Assembly: GCF_006345805.1 (NCBI RefSeq)
Contig: NC_043009.1
Location: 50,530,001-50,594,000, forward strand
Origin: Octopus sinensis
Lineage: Eukaryota
Reading direction: 5' to 3'
DNA length: 64,000 bases
A program made the translations under genes and the position numbers. Positions 51,351-64,000 of this stretch are shown piece by piece (position 1 is the first letter of the stretch; each line of letters starts with the position of its first letter). The notes below the pieces were generated by a model. It saw only the letters and a program-made list of their open reading frames with translations, did not search any database and was not told where the DNA came from.

Positions 51351-53204
51351 CATTTTTTTCTTTATTTTTGGTGGGGGGAAATGAAAAAAAAAAATAAAGT
51401 AGAAAGTGGGGAAATAAAATAAATGAAATAAATAAATAAATAAATAAAAGTCATTTCTCTCTCCCCACTCACTGCAAAATAAAATGAAATTCTTTCTGGA
51501 AAGAGATGAGAAAATGTTAAAATGTTAAGAGAAATGTGGCAATAGATGAGAATGTAAAAAGAAAGGAGGTGACACTAGCAATGGCAATGGATGATGGTTG
51601 TGGAAAGATGATGTGTGGAATAAAGAAGACTAAATGAAAAATTTTCTAATGGAGGAAGAATAAGTTTCAAAATATAACAAAACAAACATGGCAATTGTTT
51701 GCGATAATATGCAGTTGAAGCGATACTGTATTTGTTGAGAAAATCGACCCAACCAAGCTGAAGACAATCATTGCCAATTTCAATAAACCAACTACTGCAC
51801 ACATGCTCACACACACACAACACAACGCACTCACACACACACACTTTCCTCACCACCCCTTAAGAAATATTTGAAATCTTCATTTTTAATTTCAAAATTT
51901 GAATAAGATGTATATATATACATATACACACACATACACACACACAAATACACATACACATGCATGAAATCCTATTATTATTATTATGACATTTTCTTTA
52001 ATGTTTTTTGTGTTTACAATTTTTCTTATCGCCTTTCCACTAGTTTATAACAATTTATTGCCTAAAGATTCAAACTGAAGAATTTCATGATTAAATGAGG
52101 AAAAACAAAGTTCAAGAGGCTTTGATCTATTGTCACAATTAAACTTAGAATTTCTCAATATAAAGTGGCAAGTTGCTTCATTAGAGAATGTCTTTAAAAT
52201 TTTTCGAGATATCTATCATCATCACTGCTATCTTTCTAAGTATTTATTTTTATTATTATTGTCATCATCATCATGATCATCTTCATCGCCGTCATCATCA
52301 TCATCACCATCATTATTATTATTAGTAGTAGTAGCATTTCCAAACATTCAATTCAATTCCTATTAAAAATTAATATTTCAAATTCATCACCTTTATACTG
52401 GAGAGCTCATCAGACAATGAAGCAATTTATATTAACTCTACTCCCCTAACGATCTCAGCTATCCCTCCCCATCCCCAATCTTATTCTGCCCTCAGTGCCT
52501 TCTTTGTTACAGAAGATTCAATATCATGTGCCCGAAAAGACAATTCATCTTCAACTAATTGTTCTGTAGAAATGGACGTTAAGCTCATACTTAGATGAAA
52601 CATTACAATGTCACCATAAAGAAAACTTATTAAAAATTTAAATTACAAGAAAAAAAGTCTGCAAAATATATTCAGAAACCAGGGTATATTTGAAAAACTA
52701 GACAACTTAAAATCAGTATTAAGATTTAAGTAGGATGGGTGATTTGGCATAATTAGTAAAGCGCCAGACTTAAATTCTTTACAGTTTCTGTTTTGGAATC
52801 AACAAAATATTCATATTACCCTACGGTAAAGAGTTAGAATTGATCAGAATTGAATAGAAGGAAGCCCTTTGCTACATGGGTAGGAATTAGAATAAAAGAG
52901 CACTACAGATTTTGCTTAAATTTTAATTAATTTTTCTCCATTTGAATCCATTGAAATAACTGGATATTTCAAGTACAACCATCACTTTCAGTTAGATACA
53001 GTTGTGTAAAAGAACAAAATATTAAATAATGTCATCATCATCATCGTCATCATTGTTACCATCATCAATGTCATTGTTATCATCATTATCATCATCATCA
53101 TCATTTTTTTCTTTGCAAACACAGTATGAGCAGATCTACAGAATAAGCATCATTCTGTTCCTCCTTGCAGTTCATTTCTGCCAAAATGTTTCAAGTATAT
53201 CCTA

Positions 53205-53427
53205 TTCTAAGTTAGTGTTCAGATTACTCTGTTAAATGTAATAATTTTTCACTCAAATTGTTTTGAATTAATCATACATTATCATATAGCTTTGAGGTTT
53301 CAATGATGTGATTGTTTGTTTTTAGAATATCAATGTAAGTTAGGTGTGAGAGGCTAGATATCGCCTGTTTGAATGTAAAACATGTAGAATATCTGGGCCA
53401 GATATGGCCGGTTTAAACACTAAAGGG
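53205..53427 (-). mobile_element. TTAA-type MITE (same family as 7512-7943)
   Basis: Ends TTTAAACACTAAAGGG|TTAA; reverse complement similar to the 7512 element. Confidence 0.65.
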
Positions 53428-53744
53428 TTAAGAAAGGAGACTTACAGCTGGCCAGTACAATAAGAATTATATAAATTATTTGTATTCCTATTCTATATTC
53501 TTTGTCAAAATGCACAACTTACAAATGGTCCATTGCAACTATTTATAAATGCATACAATGAAAAGCAAATTTCATTGCTGAAAGTAATAAGAGCAATGTA
53601 TAGAGGAGATTTTCTTTATTTTAATATCTTGGTTTCTAATCATTATTTGACTATATCTTCATTAGGGTCAGAGGACTGAATTAGCATAGAAAAACTATTT
53701 CAAATTTAATTTTTCAAATGGAGTTCCTGTAGCTCAATAGGTTC

Positions 53745-54085
53745 CAAAACACACCTTAACTGGCAATCCGTCAGTTATGATGACAAGGGTTCCAGTTGAT
53801 CTGATCAATGGAACAGCCAGCTCATAAAATTAATGTGAAAGTGGCTGAGCACTCCACAGCTACATGTATCCTTAACATAGTTCTCAGGGAGATTCAACAT
53901 GACACAGAATGTGACAAGGCTGGTCCTTTGAATTACAGGTACTACTCAGTTTTGCAAGCAGATTTGACTGGAGCAACGTGAAATAAAGTGACTTGCTCAA
54001 GGACACAACACACTGCCAGTAATCAAACTCATGACCTTATGATTGTGAGCCAAATACCCCTAACCATTAAGCCACATGCCTTCAC
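53745..54085 (-). mobile_element. SINE family D (tRNA-derived, CORE/V-like domain)
   Basis: Minus strand GTGAAGGCATGTGGCTTAATGGTTAGG (A box) ... GAGTTTGATT (B-box-like) ... TGTGTCCTTGAGCAAGTCACTT. Confidence 0.75.
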
Positions 54086-54316
54086 ATCTAAGAGTGTCAG
54101 TAAAGCATAGCATTAAGATTTGGTAATGTTTATAGTGATATGTGCTGTTATTTTATATTGTACATAACACTATTACTTTATAAATAAAAGAAAGTGGTAT
54201 GAACCAAGGAATGTTAAAAAAAAAAGCTATATTTGGTTATGTTTAGATGAGACAATTCTTTATTATTGTTATATATTTTCTATACTCCAACAAAGAAAGC
54301 TACTTTCATTCTTTAA

Positions 54317-54537
54317 CCCTTTCGTTATCAACCCGGCTGAAACCGGCTCTAGCTCTTTAGTACAAATGTCTTGTTTTCATAAGTTTTGAACTAAAATTTT
54401 CCACCAAACCTTAGTCACAATTTATGTTCCTAACATTAGCTTAATGATAACTAAGTTATTTTACTAAATTCTTTGTTATATTTAAAGTAATTGAAAGAAA
54501 CACAGAGCATCTCAAAATAAATACAGTAACAAAAGGG
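54317..54537. mobile_element. Intact 221-bp piggyBac-type MITE
   Basis: TTAA|CCCTTTCGTTA ... TAACAAAAGGG|TTAA: terminal inverted repeats with TTAA on both sides. Confidence 0.85.
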
Positions 54538-54601
54538 TTAATTCTTAATTGGAGAGCAGTAACAAATGTTATAGATAAGAATGTGGCATAATCCAAAAGT
54601 C

Positions 54602-54900
54602 AGTAGTAGTAGTAGTAGTAGTAGTAGTTTCTTTATTATTACCTGAAAGGCAATGAATGATGGGACATTACAAGGACAATTTACAAATTGTGTGAAATAT
54701 AGGACTGAAGTCGTGGGTACAGGGGTTAAGGATTCAAGTATGTTAGGAATTGGTGCGGTCAGAAGCAGTTTAACTAGTCTCGGTCTTCAGAATACAAACC
54801 AAGTTGGTATACTTTGGATACAATTTGTTTTTTTACAACTATCTGCAAAATTTCTTAAGGAAGATAGCATCAACAAATTGTAAGGAAAGCGGATAGGAAG
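54602..54900 (-). mobile_element. Probable non-LTR element 3' end with (TAC)n tail related to the SINE B1 tail
   Basis: Minus strand TGTCCTTGTAATGTCCCATC...GCCTTTCAGGTAATAATAAAGAAA(CTA)n versus B1 TGTCCTTGTTTGTCCCCTC...GCCCCTTGTGGGTAGTAAAGAAA; 5' boundary uncertain. Confidence 0.45.
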
Positions 54901-55099
54901 TTAAAAACAGAATTTTAAGCCAGAGAGAAGAGAAAATTTTTCATTTACTGTGAAGTGGGGGTAAATCTTATATATTATCTGCCATGTGTGGGACTGTGTC
55001 ACGCAGTTATCACAAGTTGAATTGAAATACGACAATATGATTATCCACTTAAATCAGAATTAAGGAGAAAACACTTGTTATCATGAGCACTAAATTACC

Positions 55100-55700
55100 A
55101 ACAGATATTGTTGACAATGTTCAGTAAGTAACTAACTTTATTGTATCATGAAATATTGTGCATGCTAAACACCCACATTCTGATGGTGAAGTTCCTAAGG
55201 GAAATACAGCTGAAATTGTTGTAGTGTTAAATACAAAATAAACAAACAGGCTCACACAACACTAGAGAGAAGTATATCTCCCACATCAGTGCTGATGTTG
55301 CAAGCAAAATGTAAAATGATTTAAAGATCATGTATGGCAAAAAATGAAGCACTTAAAAATGGTGTGGGAAAATGCAAGATTGGTTGCACTTTCGGAAAAA
55401 ATTATCTACGCTTTGCAGAGTTTCTCCCTGCCCATTTCTGAACACTTGGTAACTGGATACTTCAATTATGAAATCTGTCCTTGAAATTGTCAATTTCATA
55501 CTCGATAAGATACAACAACTTTATTGAAGGACTGGAGTTTGAGGATTAATATAGTTATGTCTCATTGTAAGATGGCTGTCAATGGTAGATTTCTCGTAGC
55601 AGATTATTGCTTTTCATTAAAAAAATGAAAAATATCCTATCACCAGAAAAATAGAGAATAGATGCAATTTTTGACATTCTTTACTGATAAAATTAATTAC
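55100..55700 (+). pseudogene. Degenerate hAT (GTF2IRD2/Charlie-like) transposase relic
   Basis: NFIVS*NIVHAKHPHSDGE (~55135), SHISADVASKM*NDLK (~55280), IVRWLSM (~55565), FLTFFTD (~55670). Confidence 0.55.
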
Positions 55701-58479
55701 CTATGGATCCTCAGTTTGGCACTCCAGGAGAAGGGAAAAATTGTTTCTAATCTTACTCCTGCAATTGGTAAACATCTCCAGTCACATTTCCCTACCATCT
55801 TAGTAAAAGTGTAAATATATCCCCCCGATGCTAAAATAAATGGCCACAAACTGGAAGAGTACTAAGATGAATTACAAGAATTACTTCATAATTTTCTATC
55901 CAGGTTTGATGACTTACAGAAGCTGAAGCCTTGATTTGCTCTTCTTGTAAATCCATTCATGGTTGCTATAGTCCAGTTCTTGCATCTCTGGTTACCAAAT
56001 CATCTGCTGTGCAAATAGAACAGGTGAAAGTACAGAAAGCTCTAGATTTAAAGACGATCTGTACATTCCAGCCTGAGCTTCGGAAAACTAGTGTGCAACC
56101 CAGCTTTTAGCACAACATACTGCTGTGAATTACTTGCACCCTGTAATGTAGTTTGTGAAGTCAAAACACCATGCAACCCTTAAAAAAAAAAACATCAGCA
56201 AAAGATCATTTGCACAACTTTAACAACATACTAACCAGATTTTAAATGACTTAGAACTAATAAGGAGACCCACAAGATCTCAACTAGCAGTAAATAGTGG
56301 TTTTAATGACCTGATAATTATAGCATAGTCTGTATGCCAAAATAATTTAAGATTTTGAAGGTAATATCTTATCAAAATATCTTATATTTTATTGATTAGA
56401 TATTTATTAAAATAGATAATATTTAAAAGACTGTTTTTTCTTGCTTTTAAATTTGCTTTTGGCAGTTTAAATTTTATATTACAGAAATACAAATTTTCAT
56501 ATGTTTTTTAAAATGTTTCTGAAGTCCATTACTATATTAAATACACTCAATACAGTTGAAAAAATTATTTGTCAAGATTTTGAAAATATTTGATATATGT
56601 GTGTGAGATTGTACGAACTAATACAAAATAGCTGTTTAAAAACTACATACACAAATAAATATTATTGAATACATGTATATTTTAATATTTATATGAAAAA
56701 TTTTTCTATGTGTAAGCAACAATAAAAAAAATGTTAAAATTTTTTTCCTGTTTTGTGGCTCTCAAATACCTGAAATCTAACATATGCAACTCTTACAGTG
56801 TGTGTGTGTGTGTGTGTATGCATGTGCATGCATCTGTGTGAGTGTGCTTGTATCTGTGTGTGCATGTGTGTATGTGTATATGACTTTAACAGTTATGCAT
56901 TTATGTACACAAACAATACAGTTACTTGAGAAATATTTTCCTTGATTCAATCATAAATTTATGTATTTCTAAGGCATGAGGATGCGAGTTATTGTTGTAA
57001 ATAAATCAAGTCATTTACCCACAATTACAAGAAACAGTATGGTTTCAGTTTGCTAGCATACGTGGGAGCATTGCTATATATAATTATATATACTGGACTA
57101 AGATCTATATTAGAAATCTAACAAACAGAGGATAGTATGAATTTTGGATGATGGCTTCCAGTTCAGTGAACAAACAAAACGGTTGTTAAAAAAGAAACTG
57201 ATGAAAAATACCAAGTTCAGGACTTTGGGCGAGAAGAAAAAAAGAAAGAAAGGTCATGAGAAATATCCAAATAATTTATTTTTGACTTGAGAAATAAACA
57301 AACAATTGAGAAAAAGAAGAAAAAAAAATATGGAGAAAAAGTGATGATAAAAGAACAACTATAGAGAAAAGGAAAACAATGAAGGAAAATGAAGAGAATG
57401 AGACAAAGATGAAGAAGATGAAGAGGATAACTGAAATGTAAAGCATAAAAAAATAAAGGAAGGTAGTAAAAAAAACAAAAGTTGTTAACAATCTGAAATC
57501 AACTGTTGTAAATCTTTCTAGTGACCTTTTCCAACTGATTTAGGGAAACACTCTAAAGCAAGGGGTAAAATATCGGATGACAGCTAAACTTTGGGGAATT
57601 AGAGATGAAGGTAGAATTCCAAGTCTCTGATTATTACTTAGACTGATATTAGAACCAAACAAACCAATCTATGTTCTTGACATTTTCTCGGAATCTATTA
57701 GCTAAAACATCACACAGTTGAATAGAAGCAATATTTTAACTACAAGAGTTTCCACAGGATATCATGAAGACTTATTTTTCACTGATAATAAAAGCCATAT
57801 CTTATATATGCCGCAGCAACTTATGCAGGATTTCAGCCATAACACTTTTGCATTGAAACCAGATAAAACCAGCTGCTATAAATGCAGCAATGTTTATTCA
57901 AAATGAATATATTCAGCTATTTTGTTGTTACATTATGTGGCACAAGAAAAAAAAAAATCAAAGTTTTTTTTGTTGTTGTTACTTTTTTTTTTTTTTTTAC
58001 TCTGATGATGATGTTCTGAGAATACATCACCATTTCTGAAACCATTAGTATTGAAATACTAATGGGTTAATAGCATATAAAACTGAGAGAAATTTGATTA
58101 ATTTATCACATCACTTGTATATAGACTGAGTTTAATAGCATCTTCTTATACTTTCGAGATGATAAGAAAAAAGGAGAAAAATTAGTATTTTATCAGGTTT
58201 ATGGTTTTCGTCCTATACATCAACATGCAACACACAAAAACTCCTCACCATCTAATATTTAAAATAACTTCATGTTACATGCCCTGTTTTAGAACATATA
58301 TATTTTAATTACAGTTTTGTAATTGGTGTTTATGAACATCACCTTGTTCATCACATTATAACTGTATAGTATCAAATAGCTGCGTCAACTTCACTTCTAA
58401 TGGTCAAATTGTTAAAGTGCGGTACTTTGTCAATTTAATAAATTCAAAGGGAAACCACTTATTCATTTTTGTTTTTTAG

Positions 58480-58932
58480 TATATAATAATAATAATAATA
58501 ATATAATAATAATAATAATAATAACAACAACAATAATAATAATAACAATAATGATAATAATAATAATAATGAAATGATTGTATACAGTGCTCAGGTGCAC
58601 TACAACTTGTCAAAAGTGCGTATAAAGCATATGCAGTAATGTACAAATGTCTGAAAAGTGAACAGTGTATGAGTCAGATACATGCTTGTGTGTGTATGGA
58701 GGGGAGAAAATCAGGTATAGTGTTGGCAAATCTCAGGAAGCAAGGAAGTTTTGAAGGATGCCGTGCTTCGACAACTAATAACTGATGCTGGCAGTTTGTT
58801 CCATACTTCAGCAACTCTTAGTGTGAAAAAATGTTTCCGAAAGTCATTGGAGCTGTACTGTTTTCTGACTTTGTAAACATGTCCACGGGTGTTAGACAGG
58901 TAGAGTTTGAAAAGGTGCTCAGAGTTATTGTT
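58480..58932 (-). mobile_element. CR1-clade LINE 3' end with (ATT)n tail
   Basis: Open frame 58932-58711: ...LSNTRGHVYKVRKQYSSNDFRKHFFTLRVAEVWNKLPASVISCRSTASFKTSLLPEICQHYT*, the classic CR1 TRGH..K/FF..RV...WN.LP motif. Confidence 0.88.
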
Positions 58933-59034
58933 TGCTGTGGTGCACCTCTAAACAGAAACATTTCTTTATTCTATATATTATACTTTGGTGAAAACATTTT
59001 GTTTTTGTTTTTACAAGATAATTAGAAGAGAAGA

Positions 59035-59345
59035 AGAGCTTTCAAGACTGGAGAGATTGAGGCAGATAAGTTTATCTTGAACATCTATAGGAAAAACAAA
59101 GAAGGTAAGAATTTCAGAAGATTACATTTCTGGGGAAGAAGGCTTGGTCTAAGTGCTTAATGCAGGAACTGGGAGGCAAGACACTGCAAGGGTGACAAAA
59201 AAGCTAATGTATGAGGAACAAGTGGGCCTGAGAAGAGAGATTATACAGCAGGCTAGTTCAGAAGAACATTCTATGAAGATCAGGTCACTGATCATCATGG
59301 TTTCCTTGTGTTTATATGAGTCAAGATGACTACAGATCAACATCG
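59035..59345 (-). mobile_element. Degenerate CR1-like LINE C-terminal fragment
   Basis: ECSSELACCIISLLRPTCSS and, in another frame, AFFPRNVIF*NS (cf. SFFPRT..LWNSLP). Confidence 0.55.
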
Positions 59346-60312
59346 GCCAGTTTTACTATAAAAAGTCTTGAAAATATCTAAATTAAAAATAAATAAAATA
59401 AATAAAATCAAACAAACTAAAAAATTTTAACTTTAATTATAAACTGTCATTTGATAATTTTAGATGATTTCATGAAAAATTAGTTATTAGTCTCTTAACG
59501 AACATGCAGGTTTTCACCAAATGTCAGATGAGAAGTAACTGGAAATAAAGGTTGCCAGTTTAATATTTTTTTCTGAGGAAATGGATAATTCAATGTCTTA
59601 ACATAGCATATCATGACATTCCATAAATGTTAGTCAGTTTTAATAAAATTAGATTTGATAGGTGAATTAAAATATAAATAAATATGCAGAGGGGAGAGGA
59701 TAATTCCTAATTACAGAAAATATTCTAAATTCCAGTTAATATTGGCAGATTATTTACGTTTAGTTTATTTAGTTTTTTGTTTTTAATTGTTACTTTTTAG
59801 TTAAACCTTTGTTTTTTTAGCTGTCATTATTTTCCATAATCTGTCAATGAATTTTAAAGCATTTAACAAGGATAACCAACGAATGAATGAGAAACTGATG
59901 AACTGTTATAAACTGGTAGTGATATTGCTGTTATTAAGTGATGACTTGTGGCAGTACTGCAGTAATGACTCATGGGGATATTATTGTAGTCACTGTTGAT
60001 GGTTAGTGATGATACTGTTATCATTATGGATGGCTTGGAGTGATATTATTGATATTATAGTTATGGCTGGAGGTGATATTGTAATTATTTCTTTTTTTAA
60101 TGTCTTAATGAAAAGAGGAAGGCCACTAATTATGACCTTTTTTCAGGGGTTCTCCAAAACTAGCAGGAAAAAAATTGTTTCTGGAGATATTTGTTTTGCT
60201 TCTAGCACTGTAGCTTTACAGCCTAGAAGTGCACACACATTAGCTGGCTGATACCTATTGTGTGTGTGTGTGCATGCATATGTGTGTGTGTGTGTGTATG
60301 CTTTAGACAGAA

Positions 60313-60566
60313 ATAACTACAGGGGTATAAAATGCTGGATCAGGTGATGAAGGTAACAGAGAGAATCATAGCCCAACTAATTAGGGAGAGAGTCTGCTTA
60401 GATGAGATGCAATTCTGTTTTGTGCCAAGCAGAAGACCACTGATGCTATATTCCTGGTATGGCAACTGCAGGAGAAATACCTAGCCAAAGACAAACTCCT
60501 ATAATTGGCTTTTGTGGACATTGACAGGGTCCCCCTTATCTGGTGGGCGATGCAGAAACTAGGGAC
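60313..60566 (+). mobile_element. RTE LINE reverse transcriptase fragment
   Basis: NYRGIK / LDQVMKVTERIIAQLIRERVCLDEMQFCFVP / TTDAIFLVWQLQEKYLAKDK..LAFVDIDRVP.IWWAMQKLG. Confidence 0.85.
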
Positions 60567-60689
60567 AAGTGTCACATAACCAGCCCACTTAAAAAAAGTA
60601 TTTTTGGATCGTCGGGCCACATGCCATGCTTGAGGAAACCTCTTGAGTCAAGTATATCAAAATCAAAATAAAATCAAACCACAATCAAA

Positions 60690-61066
60690 TGGAAATTGTA
60701 GTTGTGGCTGATGCTAGTGCCGTCTGAGTGGCTCCCATGCTGGTGGAATGCAATAAGCACCATTCATGCATGAGTCATTGCCAGTGCCGCCTGACTGGTT
60801 CCCCATGCCAGTGGCATGTAAAAAGCACCATCCAAACATGGACGATGCCAGCCCCCTTGCCCTGACTGCCTCCTATGCAGGTGGCACTGAAAAGCACCCA
60901 CTACACTCTCAGAGTAGTTAGCATTAGGAAGGGCATTCAGCTGTAGAAACATTGCCAGATCAGATTGGAGCCTGGTGCGGCCTCCTGGCTTGCCAGACCC
61001 TAATCAAACTGTCCAATCCATGCCAGTATGGAAAACAGACATTAAACGATGACGATGATAATGATG
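60690..61066 (+). mobile_element. Family C (RTE-tailed) longer copy
   Basis: Repeated ..AAAAGCACC units, GCATTAGGAAGGGCATTCAGCTGTAGAAAC, and CCATGCCAGTATGGAAAACAGACATTAAAC(GAT)n. Confidence 0.8.
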
Positions 61067-61148
61067 AGGATAAACCTGCAAGATGATAAATCAGGTCTGC
61101 TGGTGAGACTTGAAACCAATAATTTATATATATACATACATATATATA

Positions 61149-61205
<57 letters not shown>

Positions 61206-61569
61206 AATATTTATAGCTAGTGGTAACTGTATAGATACTATTGGTTAATGATAACATTGCAGTTAAGTATAGTGATGTTGCTGTTATTGTTAACAGTTTG
61301 TGATGTACTGCAGTTATTGTTACTACTGATGCAGGTAATGCACTTGCAATGGTGTTGACATAATACATTTGTGATCATGAAGTACCATATTTACTACCAT
61401 TCAAGGCTAAATTCAGTCATAGTGGAATTATTGATAAGGCAGTGAAAAGAAATTAATGCAGGTGATGGTGATCAGAGGGTGATAGTAGGGATAATGGTAG
61501 CGAAGCGGGTAAGACTGCCACAGAGATGCAGATAAGACAGTGGTGAGAGAGCAGCGATAGTAGTGATGG

Positions 61570-61980
61570 TGATAAGGTAGTTATAATAGGAATGGCAATA
61601 GTAATAATACAACCATAATACAGATAGTGATAATACAGCCATAATGATGATGGTGATAAGACAGCCATAGTGCTTATGGTAATAAAACAGCCAAAGTGCC
61701 AATGGTGATAAAACAGCTATAGTGTTGATGGTGATAAAATAGCTATGGTTGTAATGGTGATAAGACAGCTATAGTTACAATGGTGATAAGGCAACGATAG
61801 AGGTAAAGGTTGTGGTAATAATACAGTTATAGTGGTGACAGTGATAAGGCAGATATACTGGTAATGGTGATGAGACAGGTATAGTAGTCATTATAATAGT
61901 AATAATATAGTTAGTGCTGATGGTGATAAAAAAAAAACACAGTGAAGATGGTAATAAGGCAGTTATTATAGCATTGGCAG
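61570..61980. repeat. Degenerate 26-bp minisatellite (GTGATAAGACAGCYATAGTG.TGATG)
   Basis: About 13 diverged head-to-tail units. Confidence 0.75.
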
Positions 61981-62577
61981 TAATGTCAAAGTGAGAAAGT
62001 AGTGATGATGGCGTGAAAAGTAGACTCTGATAAAAAGCTGGTGATATCATAACTGAGCAATGATGACACTGGTGATGACAGTAGTGATGACATAAATAGT
62101 TCTAGTAGTAATACAAAAATGAAAATAGATATTGCACAAATTTTTGCTATTCATTTTTGATATCTACTACTGTAACAATTATTATCAATACAACACTTTT
62201 CAGTTTTCGTAACAATAACAATTGTTTTCTTTCACATTATCAACAACTAAAAATATTAATAAAATATAGGATTTTTGTATATATATGAATAAAAAATTAT
62301 ATATATGTGTGTGTGTGTATATTTTACATATGTATGTATACATATACATTATCCACAAGTTTTATAAAATTTTAATATTGAAGACTATAAAAACATTTAC
62401 AATTTTTCTTTTCTTTTATATGACCATCATCACTACCACTATCATCATTAACATGATTGTCATCAGCATTTCTTAGATGTATTAAAACTGTTTCTCTCCA
62501 ATAAACAAAATAGAAATACGCTTTCAGTATGTACTTTGACAAAATAATTTTAAGAGTTTCCTAATACAAACTACTCA

Positions 62578-62630
<53 letters not shown>

Positions 62631-62787
62631 GAGGAGAGAGAGAAAGGGAGAAAGAAATAAGCATGTGTGTAAATATATATATATAATGTATGTATGTGTA
62701 TGTGTGTTGTATGTGTGTGCATATATATTCACATATACATACATATGTATACACATATATATACACATACATATATATACACATACT

Positions 62788-63091
62788 AATTTACAATTGA
62801 AAAATAGGATAAAATCTTTATAAGAATTTATGAAGTAGTTAGCGTGAAAAACCTCATAAGAGTGAAAAACCTCATAAGAGTGAAAAACCTTATAAGCATG
62901 AAAATCCTCATATGGTAGTTTTGACTTTAAGAGTCCCTCCTAGCGTGAGGCATTTATGTATACTAGTGCCCTTAACATAAATAAATATATTTAAGAGGAA
63001 AAATTGATGGATTTTTCCCTTATGAGGTTTTTTACGCTAACTACTTGATAAATTCTTATAAAGATTTTATTCTATTTTTCAATTGTAAATT
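62788..63091. mobile_element. MITE-like foldback element with ~73-bp terminal inverted repeats and internal 18-bp repeats
   Basis: AATTTACAATTGAAAAATAGGATAAAATC...AACCTCATAAG is mirrored at 63018-63091; (AGTGAAAAACCTCATAAG)-like unit about 4 times. Confidence 0.7.
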
Positions 63092-63426
63092 TAACCAGAA
63101 TATATACAGTGCTCAATTTTATTCCAAATAAACACATATTACTGAGATGCAATTCAAAAAGCTCGCCTTTTACATAGATATATAAGGGTGAACAATTCTG
63201 TGTACTATGCTGGATACATTTGGTGTTCGTCTGGTATGTTGATATTTTGTTCATTTTTATGTATCATGAATTAAGCTTGCACTGAAGATTAAAAAGTGCA
63301 TTTTGTGCACTAATTATGAAATCATATGATATGCAGCTGAATTCTGTTTTTAAAATGCTCACTTCGAGAGTTGCATTCCCTCGAATTTGGTACAATTGTT
63401 TATTTATTATTACAATTGTTTATTTA

Positions 63427-63587
63427 TTAAGAGTCCCTCCTAGCGTGTGACATTTATGTATAGTAATGCCCTCAATATAAATAAATATATTTAAGAGGAA
63501 AAATTGTTGGATTTTTCCCTTATGAGGTTTTACACGCTAACTACTTGATAAATTCTTATAAAGGTCTTATCCTATTTTTCAATTGTA
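63427..63587 (+). repeat. 161-bp direct repeat of 62927-63087
   Basis: TTAAGAGTCCCTCCTAGCGTG ... TTTTCAATTGTA recurs at offset 500. Confidence 0.9.
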
Positions 63588-63650
63588 TACACACATATAT
63601 ATCTATATATACATATACACACACACACACATATATCTATATATACATAT

Positions 63651-63687
<37 letters not shown>

Positions 63688-63712
63688 CATACATATATAT
63701 ATGTATATATAT

Positions 63713-63981
63713 GGATTTCCACCTCTTTCGATCATTTTCAAATGCTATGTGTGGAGTTTCATTCAATACTGATACAGAATTGAGAGCTTGGCTAGATCAA
63801 TTTTACGAGATGAAATTGGGTGATTTCTACCAACGAGGTATTGAAAATTTTGTTGAATGCTGGGAAGAAGTTGTTAACAAGGGTGAATACATTGTTGACT
63901 AATTAGTTGTTATTTTTTATTAAACCTTTTAAAAAATTAAAATTTTTAAAAATGAAGGGAACTTAGTTGCCAACCAATTAT
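63713..63981 (+). mobile_element. Mariner transposon 3' end (transposase C-terminus plus TIR)
   Basis: DFHLFRSFSNAMCGVSFNTDTELRAWLDQFYEMKLGDFYQRGIENFVECWEEVVNKGEYIVD* matches the mariner DYHLF..FY..GI..L..RW C-terminus; ends ACTTAGTTGCCAACCAAT-TA like mariner TIRs. Confidence 0.88.
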
Positions 63982-64000
63982 ATACATATATATACACACG

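Noticed and set aside
55903-56110. Possible exon after TTTTCTATCCAG with a ~59-codon open stretch
   Set aside because: All frames from the acceptor hit stops and the peptide shows no recognisable similarity.
58042-58065. 10-bp stem hairpin CCATTAGTAT-TGAA-ATACTAATGG
   Set aside because: Short and AT-rich; may be chance or a MITE-end remnant, with no supporting context.
61570-61980. CRISPR-like repeat-spacer appearance
   Set aside because: Eukaryotic context, degenerate head-to-tail 26-bp units without unique spacers, and no cas genes.

Overview
AT-rich, repeat-dense eukaryotic (animal) DNA. The SINE families and the 5S sequence look cephalopod, most likely Octopus; this is my recognition from memory, not a database match. 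I found no convincing host protein-coding exon, so the window is probably intergenic or part of a very large intron. Nearly all ORFs in the supplied track come from microsatellites or SINEs. The window holds about 30 copies of at least five SINE-like families (my labels A-E), LINE relics (RTE, CR1-like), DNA-transposon relics (piggyBac, hAT, mariner), TTAA-flanked MITEs, several local tandem duplications and a 99-bp-arm palindrome. The strongest signal is a full-length 5S rRNA copy (7214-7332) fused to a LINE-type 3' tail. The same tail ends the abundant tRNA-derived SINE A and a LINE 3' fragment at 28780-29035, and its terminal hairpin is kept by compensatory changes in all three. This points to a 5S-derived SINE (SINE3) sharing a LINE partner with SINE A. 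A degenerate Penelope-type hammerhead motif sits at 911-948. Whether any of this is undescribed needs database searches I cannot run. Boundaries of old, decayed elements are approximate.
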